A stretch of DNA of 63,986 nt, filler included, from an uncultured bacterium (GTDB lineage Bacteria > Auribacterota > CAZIXI01): NCBI GenBank assembly GCA_964543115.1. It is 4 parts of 4 records of this genome, joined end to end, with 100 filler letters (N's around TTAATTAATTAA, not from the genome) between each part and the next. Parts side by side here need not be neighbours in the genome. Positions count along the whole stretch, not along the records: positions 17,589 to 34,961 come from CAZIXI010000049.1; positions 35,062 to 52,118 come from CAZIXI010000050.1; 2 more parts are not named here. The stretch is one strand, 5' to 3'. How positions within the stretch are numbered: the first letter of the stretch is position 1; every line of letters begins with the position of its first letter. Position numbers and translations under genes: made by a program. Positions 30,201-38,000 of the stretch are shown here, in pieces. The notes beneath the pieces are model-generated. The model did no database searches. It was not told the DNA's origin and saw nothing but the letters and a program-made list of their open reading frames with translations.

Positions 30201-30659
30201 AACTGCGCGTCTGTGCAGAGGCAACAATGATAATTGTGTCTTGATTGCGGCTTCCCGGGTGACACGAGCTGTGAGGGCCATTGTTTTCTGTGTTTTTATT
30301 GTCTGCTGCTTGAGTTTAAGGGTAAGCAGGTTCCTTCTGGAGATTGCTGTTTGAGCGGATTGGCCTTGTACTGTATTTGATGGCCGTAGTTTAGCTGCCA
30401 GGCTGGCTATTCTATTCCACAATCGATGTAGACGGCTGTGGTTAGTGGAATTTAAGGTTGTTGGGTCAGCAATGGCATTTGTGGCTTCCGCCAGCTGAGT
30501 CAGTCCCTCTCTGGCTGCTTCTGTTTCTTCCTGCTGCAGAAACGATTCACTGGCAAGTGTCTGTTTAGCAATGTATTGCGTTTGCGAATAGCTAGCGGGA
30601 ATAGACGTAAAAATAAAGGAAATACATAAACAGATAGAGATAGCTTTTTTAATGCTCAT
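27264..30659 (-). CDS. Exported 1131-aa protein: signal peptide, internal TM/lipobox, D-x-x-x-P repeats, LamG (concanavalin-like) domain, jelly-roll/CBM-like region, family C-terminal motif
   Basis: ATG at 30659 (MSIKKAISICLCISFIFTSIPASYSQ...TLASES). LamG motifs VAWINP, WVHVAFT, FYING, IYDRELS. Ends ...VLLTAA. Confidence 0.88.
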   Translation of the reverse strand: MSIKKAISICLCISFIFTSIPASYSQTQYIAKQTLASESFLQQEETEAAREGLTQLAEATNAIADPTTLNSTNHSRLHRLWNRIASLAAKLRPSNTVQGQSAQTAISRRNLLTLKLKQQTIKTQKTMALTARVTREAAIKTQLSLLPLHRRAVVEMLLFFGAITLAGCVFDSSGLPICEDCVYPDTGTDADGQLTFPDNGSDSQHDQLPPDQPQHDQLQPDKQQSDLPQPDIQQPDFYLQDGPLTQEGMQDQLLPDKQQPDMQQPDIYLPDGPLTPDQLQPDQLQPDAYIGYAVKAHSGTVTPDYLSTNTKKVGLLTSTSTSGNTTTISASANNGIEIQTSPDVDLTTKNLQGAWRMEGTSLVQDSTKKNVALTNHGGVTTTAGPGKKGTAANFQTAKKTYLEIPASKMSSSLEAIRTGPVSIVAWINPRNFSKQGNIIAQKSNDGTTATNFDFCFYTEKTSGSKARLTLWDGGKPIHSSQTVSLNTWVHVAFTRDKSGNTMFYINGKKASPKAQKFPMLKPTAPGKAKFLIGYNGQPSTTPWEAYAEMAEDNLQIYDRELSATEVQAMAVDSSNLETNPNNSLRKLDFEAQSNSPLIVRVSDGTHSMDVLVSNLSATSFRSVTIDLLAAKTFWKSKIDLKNIKTVKVLLTNGGTAKIKGLVGVPAVTRPYFGADPDVRREDYDHITSANVQISGKAAGNFAGMPIWGVTGWEDSDGKSSLLENGLGFKINGRCYSALTIGGKIHRPDDCLPLDKIHQNLKAIASKILQRRNDTVDAHEKHEYVNGYSHRQAVLTEFEDNINGLNFADIATVLLEVMIEHQIETFDLDFHRLFIAALLSQGMPLSYSTYTQILQETIEVSIDEEEFDQIIRQHNADVMTELKGKTIYTEGVTADIEESILAKETGYTEFQTALAAAPTQGTIVIDLARFIIQNDTLSTAVTIDTEYFSRFVSFARQLPAKINLLAITVAEQNDPAIQQLLGLLPEDLSNLNVHYGINFTEYLAALLGITKNTTTAVSILGEEAAAAITEPGDLKIIAPLLSDYNRIATIWQEFRTAVDGIDKTKDAFMDLILQIAEGLLADLVAKNQLAEEEKDQLLAEIKQKGIGFIPMEFDPMRYYRSIERMKVLLTAA
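29800..30060 (-). repeat. Intragenic ~15-bp-period repeats encoding (D-Q/K-L/Q-Q/P-P)n
   Basis: DQLPPDQPQHDQLQPDKQQSDLPQPDIQQPD...DQLQPDQLQPD. Confidence 0.85.
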
Positions 30660-30663
30660 TTTG

Positions 30664-30720
30664 TCCCCCAATTCTTACTGGGGGACTGCCACGACTGGAA
30701 TGGATATAAACTGCCCCCCA
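30664..30720 (-). repeat. Modular REP-like palindromic element, inverted relative to the 27191 copy
   Basis: Reverse complement reads GGGGGGCAGT-TTATATCCATTCCA-GTCGT-GGCAGT-CCCCCA...TGGGGG. Confidence 0.8.
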
Positions 30721-30760
30721 ATTTATTGAATATTAGTATCTTAGCAAATGTTTATACTAA

Positions 30761-30789
30761 TATATGCCATATAGATAGGGTAGTGTCAA
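30761..30789 (-). promoter_or_regulatory. Sigma70-like promoter for the LamG protein gene
   Basis: Minus strand TTGACA-17 nt (ending TGG)-CATATA. Confidence 0.5.
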
Positions 30790-30821
30790 GGGGGGTTGAG
30801 GGAATTTTGTTATGAAATAAA

Positions 30822-30850
30822 TTTACTGAGCAGGGTGGTTTTGCTATGAT
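30822..30850 (+). promoter_or_regulatory. Sigma70-like extended -10 promoter for the 30866 gene
   Basis: TTTACT-17 nt-TATGAT with TGn immediately before the -10. Confidence 0.5.
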
Positions 30851-30865
30851 GAAACTCGAAAAATT

Positions 30866-32293
30866 ATGACAAAAGTTTTACTATTGAGTCCACCTTATAA
30901 ACGTTACTACATGCGCAATGGCCGCTGTGATTTTGTTTCCCTGTCCCGCTGCCAGTGGTTCCCGCTCTGGCTGGGTTATTGTGGTTGTTTCCTGGAACGG
31001 CAAGGCTGTCAGGTAAGATTAATTGATGCGCCAGCCTATAATCTTTCCTTTGCCCAGACAGAACAGATTTTTGTTAATTACCGGCCGGATTTACTGGTGG
31101 TTTACACCGGGGATAAGAGTGCGGATAGTGACTTAGGATTTGTCGAAAGACTGCTTGCCCGGTATTCCTGTCCGGTAGTGCTGGTTGGCCCCTATTTTTC
31201 TATTGATCCTGTCGCTGTTCTGGCCAGGAGCCAAAAGATTCATTATGGGGTAAGGGGAGAATTTGAGTTAGCGGTTTGGGAGTTATTGAACGGGAAGAAT
31301 CCCGCTAAGATAGAAAATCTCATCTGGCAGGATCAGGGGCAGTCCCCCGATGGAATCGGGGGGCAGTCTATATCCATTCCTCTATGGCAGTCCCCCGATG
31401 GAATCGGGGGGCAATTAAGAGAAAATAAGCAAAGACCCTATCTTAACAGTGAAAACCTCGATGACATGCCGTTTGTCAGTGAATTTTTCGCGCGGCAGCT
31501 AAATTTTCGTTTTTACCGCGCCCCCTCGGAACCGCATCCGTTCATAGATATTCTGACCGGGAGAGGATGTTCCTGGGGAGCCTGTACTTTTTGTTTGTGG
31601 CCGCGTAGTTTTATAAAGGGGAGGGTTTATAATACTCGATCGATTGACAATGTGATGGAGGAATTGGCCTATATTGAGAGTTGTTTGCCAAAAGTGCGTT
31701 CAGTAATGCTGCAAGATGATACTTTTCCGGCAAAGCGCATACGGGAATTCTCAGAAGCAAAATTGCAAGAAGGAATAAAGTTGGCCTGGTCCTGCTACGT
31801 CCGGGGCGATTTAGATAAAGATACGTTACGGTTAATGCGGCGGGCGGGCTGTCGCAATCTGCATGTGGGCTATGAATCGGGTAATGACGAAACATTGCAA
31901 CGGATAGGTAAGGGCCTGACCAGGGAACAGCTGACTAAGTTTACCGCGAATGCCAAAAAAGCAGGATTAAAAATTCATGCTGATTTTGTTTTTGGTTTTC
32001 CCAGGGAAACTGAGCAGATGATGATGGCAACTATGAACTGGGTACAGGAACTAAAACCGCATACTGCCCAGTTTCAGTTATTGATACCTTTTCAGAATAC
32101 CTCAAAGATTTCCGCTGCAAACAGGCGGGAAAAGACAGAAAGATTGGCAAAAAAGGCCTACCGGCAGTTTTATTTCAGTCCCTCCTATCTGAGTCAGATT
32201 CTGCGGCATCCGGGAGAAAGTTTGTTCAAACGATTACCCGCGATTAGCCGGGCGTTGCCGGCGGTGTGTTGGCGGAGGTGGGACAATCGGTGA
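30866..32293 (+). CDS. B12-binding radical SAM protein, HpnJ-like, with an in-frame palindromic insertion
   Basis: WFPLWLGY N-terminus, TGRGCSWGACTFCLWP, LQDDTF, VGYESG; insertion QSPDGIGGQSISIPLWQSPDGIGG. Confidence 0.88.
   Translation: MTKVLLLSPPYKRYYMRNGRCDFVSLSRCQWFPLWLGYCGCFLERQGCQVRLIDAPAYNLSFAQTEQIFVNYRPDLLVVYTGDKSADSDLGFVERLLARYSCPVVLVGPYFSIDPVAVLARSQKIHYGVRGEFELAVWELLNGKNPAKIENLIWQDQGQSPDGIGGQSISIPLWQSPDGIGGQLRENKQRPYLNSENLDDMPFVSEFFARQLNFRFYRAPSEPHPFIDILTGRGCSWGACTFCLWPRSFIKGRVYNTRSIDNVMEELAYIESCLPKVRSVMLQDDTFPAKRIREFSEAKLQEGIKLAWSCYVRGDLDKDTLRLMRRAGCRNLHVGYESGNDETLQRIGKGLTREQLTKFTANAKKAGLKIHADFVFGFPRETEQMMMATMNWVQELKPHTAQFQLLIPFQNTSKISAANRREKTERLAKKAYRQFYFSPSYLSQILRHPGESLFKRLPAISRALPAVCWRRWDNR
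31338..31414 (+). repeat. REP-like palindromic element inside a coding sequence
   Basis: GGCAGT-CCCCCGATGGAATCGGGGG-GCAGT-CTATATCCATTCC-TCTAT-GGCAGT-CCCCCGATGGAATCGGGGG-GCAA. Confidence 0.88.
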
Positions 32294-33921
32294 TTGCGAG
32301 ATTACGATTACAGTTAAGAAGAGATTTTTACCACTGGACGTTTGTTTTATTCCTTCTCCTCTACCTGGGTTTTTTTGCCAAATCCTGGTTCAGCGTCAGC
32401 GGCAACATCTACGATGGGGATGATTGTTCTTATGCCGGATTTGTAATGTCACTGGCCAATGATTTTGATGTTGATCTCTCTAACCAAGATTTGTTTGTGA
32501 AGATAAGTCCGAATCCCGTTACTGGGAAAGCACAGATAGGGCATCCTATTGGCACATCCATTTTATTGCTTCCCTTTTATTTGGCTGCCAAGCCTGTAGT
32601 ATTATTGGTCTCTTTACTGAGAGGGATGCCGTTCAATGAAAAAGATCCCTTGTTCTTTGTCGTTTTGTGCTCAGCGATTATTTTTTACTTTTATCTGGGC
32701 GGTTTTTTCTTGCGCAGGGCGCTGCGCTATTTCGTTAACGGACTGGCCGCCGACCTGGCGGTTATAGTATCGATGTGGGGGACAATTTTACCGATCTATG
32801 TCTTCCGGCGGTTGATCTTTTCTCATGTACCGGAATTTTTTCTTCTTTCACTGCTGGTGTATGTATTAACGTGGTATTACCGGTGTCCGCGTGTAGGTAT
32901 CAATATGAGTGTGGTCCTGGGTGTGCTTATGGGAGGCAATTTAGTCATTCGATATGGAAATTTCTATCTTATTCTATTTACTATGTTAAGTATATTTTAT
33001 CTTGTCAGACTGAAGACGCTCTTTAGGGGTAGCCGGTTAAGAAATGTTATTTTTTATGAATTCGTATTTTTATCAGTAACCTTTCTTATTTTTATGATTA
33101 GTCAGGGGCTGGTGTTTAATTACATTTATGGCGGGCCATTTGTCTGGTTTACACAGATCTTTCTGGGAGCGGAGCAGGCTTGTTCTGGAGTGGTATTCGC
33201 AAAAGCCGGAGCGGGCATACATTTTATTTGGTTTTTTCTAAAAAATTTCATTCAGATCCTGTTCGGCCGGGATTGGGGGCTGCTTTATACAATGCCTAGT
33301 TTATTTATCGGCATTGTGGCATTCATTTTTGTTTCACCGTTTAAATTTTTTAACAGGAAAGTTCCCTGTTGTTTGGCCAATGCCCTGATTATTGCTATAC
33401 CTTTTGCCGTTGTTTTGCGGTTGGGGTTTCAGGGTGATTTTTACGGCTATCGTTATTTATTAGGCCTTTTACCTTTTTCAGCTTTTGGTTTTGCCTGGTT
33501 AATGGAAAAATGCCTGCGGCGGCGGAGGAAAATCACAATTATATTATGTCTCCTTATTTGTCTAGTTAATTTCTTTATTCTCTTGCCTTTTGAGTTCACG
33601 CAGGCCACAACGCTATTGCCAGAGACAATCAGCCCTCTGGGTAGTCCTTGCTGGGGGAATAATAACTACGTTATTAATGGTGTTAAGCATTATTTTGTCA
33701 GCGAGCCACGGACTTTAACCGGAACGTTTATGCGGGGATATATAGGGGCTTATGGTTTTGGCGCCCTGTCTCTCACGGGTGTGGATTTAAGTCGATATGG
33801 CCGGAAAGTGCATAAATATTTTGCCCTGGATTCATATAAAAAATGGATAGTGCTTCTCTATCCGCCACTGGCCATCTTACTTATTTTTGCAGCATTTTAC
33901 GGATTAAAAAGACACCGATAG
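32290..33921 (+). CDS. Polytopic membrane protein, probable GT-C-fold glycosyltransferase
   Basis: More than 10 TM helices; acidic first loop (DGDDCSY), HPIGTSILLLPF, YGYRYLL. GTG start at 32290 overlaps the upstream TGA. Confidence 0.65.
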   Translation: MIARLRLQLRRDFYHWTFVLFLLLYLGFFAKSWFSVSGNIYDGDDCSYAGFVMSLANDFDVDLSNQDLFVKISPNPVTGKAQIGHPIGTSILLLPFYLAAKPVVLLVSLLRGMPFNEKDPLFFVVLCSAIIFYFYLGGFFLRRALRYFVNGLAADLAVIVSMWGTILPIYVFRRLIFSHVPEFFLLSLLVYVLTWYYRCPRVGINMSVVLGVLMGGNLVIRYGNFYLILFTMLSIFYLVRLKTLFRGSRLRNVIFYEFVFLSVTFLIFMISQGLVFNYIYGGPFVWFTQIFLGAEQACSGVVFAKAGAGIHFIWFFLKNFIQILFGRDWGLLYTMPSLFIGIVAFIFVSPFKFFNRKVPCCLANALIIAIPFAVVLRLGFQGDFYGYRYLLGLLPFSAFGFAWLMEKCLRRRRKITIILCLLICLVNFFILLPFEFTQATTLLPETISPLGSPCWGNNNYVINGVKHYFVSEPRTLTGTFMRGYIGAYGFGALSLTGVDLSRYGRKVHKYFALDSYKKWIVLLYPPLAILLIFAAFYGLKRHR

Positions 33922-34961
33922 TAAATAGTATTATATTAGGGACCCACATAAACAGCCAGGGATGAAGGCTGGCCTCTTCCTGAAATGCTTCTCCGAGAGT
34001 CATTAAGAAATAATAAGCACCTACCAGTAGGAGGCTGATTCCCGCTCCGATAGATGTTTCCGAGCGATGAACTCTGATCCCTAAGGGGATACCAACTAGA
34101 ATAAAGGCTAAACAGGAAAAAGAAATAGCCAGCCGGTTATGAATACGGGTTTTGATAGAGCTGATTTCTTCGTTGATATCAGATATTAGGGGACCGTAAT
34201 CTGTGTGGTTGCGCTTGAGTTCCAGTTTTTTTACTCTTTGTTCTAGTTCCCGGTTGGTCATTTCCCGTTCTTTTTTTGATAATTCACCAGCGCCCGGAAA
34301 TTGTCCTTTAAGATCGAATTTGATGATATAAACATTAAAATGAATGCGGTTTATTTGTCCCGGGGCCGCTTCTGCCCGGGGGATCTTTTCCATAACACCA
34401 TTGTATAGTTTAAGATGAATGTAATCAGCATTATCTTCTTTCCCGTTTTCATTGGTAGTATCTTCACTTTCATAAAAAAATCGCCCTCGTTCCGCGGTAA
34501 TTACGCTATCCAGTTTATTGTGCTCAAATTTATATACCACTACTCGCTGCAGCATGTCCCCTTTCTTTTTGCCGATATAAACCAGATGGTCGGAGAACAG
34601 TTCATAGAATCTGCCGCTGGGAATGTAAACGGTTGGTTCCTGCATGCCTATCTGCAGTAATAGTTTGCGTCCGGCAAAAATGGAGTTGGGACGAAGCTGG
34701 TCGTTAATAAAATAACAACTGCCCATAAGTAGAATTGTGCTGAAGATTACCGGGGTACAGATATGTTTGAGGTTGATTCCGCTGGCCCGGATTGCTGTGA
34801 TTTCATTATCCGCTGACAGCCGGGCAAAGACCAGCAGGACGGCAGTGAGGATACTGATCGGAATCGAGTAAGAGAGCATAAAGGGCAGCAGGAAGGCCAG
34901 GAAACGGAAGATAATGAAGATATTTATTCCCTTGGAGAGCATTTCGATTATCTTAAGCATA
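33881..34961 (-). CDS. LptF/LptG-family LPS export permease, 5'-partial
   Basis: LPFMLSYSIPISILTAVLLVFARLSADNEITAIRASGI; LVGIPLG; WLFMWVPNII. Confidence 0.9.
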
Positions 34962-35061
34962 NNNNNNNNNNNNNNNNNNNNNNNNNNNNNNNNNNNNNNN
35001 NNNNNTTAATTAATTAANNNNNNNNNNNNNNNNNNNNNNNNNNNNNNNNNNNNNNNNNNNN
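34962..35061. other. Artificial contig linker
   Basis: N44-TTAATTAATTAA-N44. Confidence 0.97.
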
Positions 35062-38000
35062 GCTCGTTTTATGTATTCACTAAGAATATTCTGCGGTGTT
35101 CCTTCGATTTCCGCTTTGGCATGGAAACCCTCAAAGAACAAAAAACCAATCGCGTAATCATTATCACTGGTCACCTCCGTAAAATCTATCAGCGCCTCAG
35201 CTAAAGGCACAAATAACTCATCAACAGAAACAACTTCTACCTCCGAAGGCTGGTATTTAATGCTTTGCTTCTCCTCTTCAGTTATAAAATAAACAAAGAA
35301 AATTGCCTTTTCCCTGTCGTAATGATCGGTTTTGGAGCTGTCGTTCTCTATATAAACACCCTCCGGCGTAATGCGCTTCAGCCGTGTGGGATCAACCTTA
35401 AAACCGGTAGTATCAGTATCATAAAGTTCCTCCTCCAATTCCCTCTTAGCTGACAGAAAAGGATCAACCTCCAGACCCATATGGCCCCCGGCGGAAACAT
35501 CATAAGCGCCTGGCTTGGATTTCTTATTCTTGGACCTAGTCTGAATAGCCACCTTACCATCCTGATCCACAACAATTATCCCCACCGTCCTGTGCCAGGT
35601 ACCGTCCGCGTGACATAGATCACGCGGTTTGATCACCTGATTGCCCTGCTCATCTTTTAAATAATTCCCCTCCTCATCCGTCACTAACAAAAACTCTTTG
35701 CCTGCCAGCTCCGGTAAAGAAACATCTTCACCCAATTCCTCCATAAAAGCATTTTTCCACAAATACATATTCATTACCGTCCGCTCTTCATTCCCGTTAA
35801 AATATTTAACCAGCTCCTGAAACCGTGGCATTTCTTTTAATTCTGAACTCAAATACGGGACAAATGCTCCAGATTCATCATCTTGATAAATAACTGGAAG
35901 AGCATATAAAATTTCTCTTTTAATTCCATGCGGGCAACTTTCTGGATCACTTGTTTTGTGATAAAATACTTTCCCGTCATCTTCACATGGCTCCGCTGCC
36001 GAAGTTGCATATTCTCTCACATAGCATTCGACACAACCTTCCGGGCAATCGTATTCAATATCAACATAATAATTACTTCCTATACTTTTTATCTCTTGCT
36101 CAATAATTCCTTTTAATTCTTTTAAAGTTGAAACCCTTTTGATCAGTGGGAATATTGCCGCCCTTAGTTCATCATCTTTAAATCCATTATCTCTCGCCTT
36201 TTTTAACCATCCGACAATCATCTTTGCTACCTGCAATAATTCTTTAAACTCAACTGCGTTATTGATACTAATTTTACTTGTAATATCTTTAGCTACTCTA
36301 AGCGTTTCAGAAGGATTTACAGGAGCTAACTCCTCCAATGCTATTAAATTAACCATAAAACACTCCCGACTATTATTTGCCGCAATTACCGCTAATGGAA
36401 CCCCATAATTCAGGGTAGAACAAGGCCTAACATTTTTCTTTAGCAATCTTTCTCCCAACTCAATTGATAACACAAACCACCCATGTCTTCCCCTAGTAGC
36501 ATTATAACAATTCGGAATAGACTTTTTGCAAGCATAATCAATTGGCATACCGTGAGCTTTCAAAGCAACTAATAATCTTTTTATTAACCTTGCTGGTTCA
36601 TCATCAATTTTTTTCACATATTGAGAAAATCCAGCATAAATCAGTGGCTCTAATGCTTGTCTATCTCCCAAAAGGCCCAAATTCATCGCTGCTTTTTCGC
36701 GAATTATTTTAGAATTATTTTTTAATGCTCTTGTATGTCCTTCTTTTATATAATCCAATTTAGCTGGATATAACATTTTTAATGCATAATGATATGACAT
36801 TTTAATAATCTTATACCCTATTAATCTGTAAAACAACATGGCAATAAAATAAACAAGGGCCAATAACCCTGCACTCAATACAACAATGATGACAATGCCT
36901 AGTGATGTCCAGTACGGATGTTTTAACGCAAAATATTTTATCTTTGTATAACTATCCATATAGTGCTTCAACTTGTCTAAAGATTCTAGTGCTTTATCAT
37001 AACAACACCACCCAGAAGTTGATAGTTTATCCATTAAGGGCCCTATTGCTTTAGGGTCATCTAATTTACCTAGCATTCTTATTGCAGTATCAACCTGATA
37101 TTTGCTGCTCAAGGCAGCTATTTCTATATCCACTAATTGACTTGTTGAAACAGGTGTCTTCAATAAAACATCATGTGCTAACNNNNNNNNNNATATTTAT
37201 CTCCATGAATATACAATTCACTTAGTCTTGGGACAAACCTTTCATCAAGAAGCTCGACGCCATGCGCATTTAATGTCTTCAACGTATTCAGAACGACACC
37301 ATCTTCACTACTTTCTAATGCACGCAAATATGAATCTGCTATTTTATATTCTGAGGCTTCTAGGGACAGCAGAGCTTCATATACTTCAACAGATCCTGTT
37401 TCTGCCAATATCGCCAATAATGGCTCTATTGCGCATTCATCATCATACTCAACTAACTTCTCTATAGCATTACTTCTTCTATACCTATCATACTTATTCT
37501 TTAAAAAGAATAATGCCCGCACATATGCATCAACAATTTGCTTTTCATTTACTCCTAGTTTCTTCAATGCTTCATGTGCCTGCTCTGAAGCACTTAATTT
37601 TAATAATTTCAGCAACAAGTCTTTTTCTCCAATATCCTCTAATATCCTAGCATAATCATCCGCCACAGCAGAATCGACTAGATGTCTCCTGTCTTCCTTT
37701 TCGACTAGCATTTCCCTAATGGTCCTCCTAAACAGCCCTTTGTCTACCCCATGGGCCAACAATGCATAATATATGCTATATATTCTTAAATCATTCCTTT
37801 TTAACAATTCTAACATTGGTTTTATGGCTTTCTTTTCTTTATAACTCTCTAATACGCTGACCGCATCCATAACAACAAATTTATCTTCGCTGTTTAGAGC
37901 TTTAATATACCCATCTATAATTTCACCAGTCGGTACGCCAAATTCCACCAGCACTTCATAGGCCATCTTTCTAACAAAATAGCGTGGAAACGACAAGAGG

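Noticed and set aside
27191..31414. Repeat elements considered as a CRISPR array
   Set aside because: No regular repeat-spacer periodicity, few copies, GC hairpin modules and no cas genes; better described as REP-like.
31560..31595. CxxxxCxxC spacing (GCSWGACTFC) in the HpnJ-like radical SAM
   Set aside because: The RGCxWxxCxFC variant is common among B12-radical SAM proteins and not unusual.
33881..33921. 41-bp 3' overlap of convergent genes
   Set aside because: An ordinary short convergent overlap with no further signal.
19321..33921. Calling the cluster a hopanoid biosynthesis locus with hpn gene symbols
   Set aside because: No squalene-hopene cyclase or clear hpnH/hpnG in view, and family-level similarity does not establish orthology.
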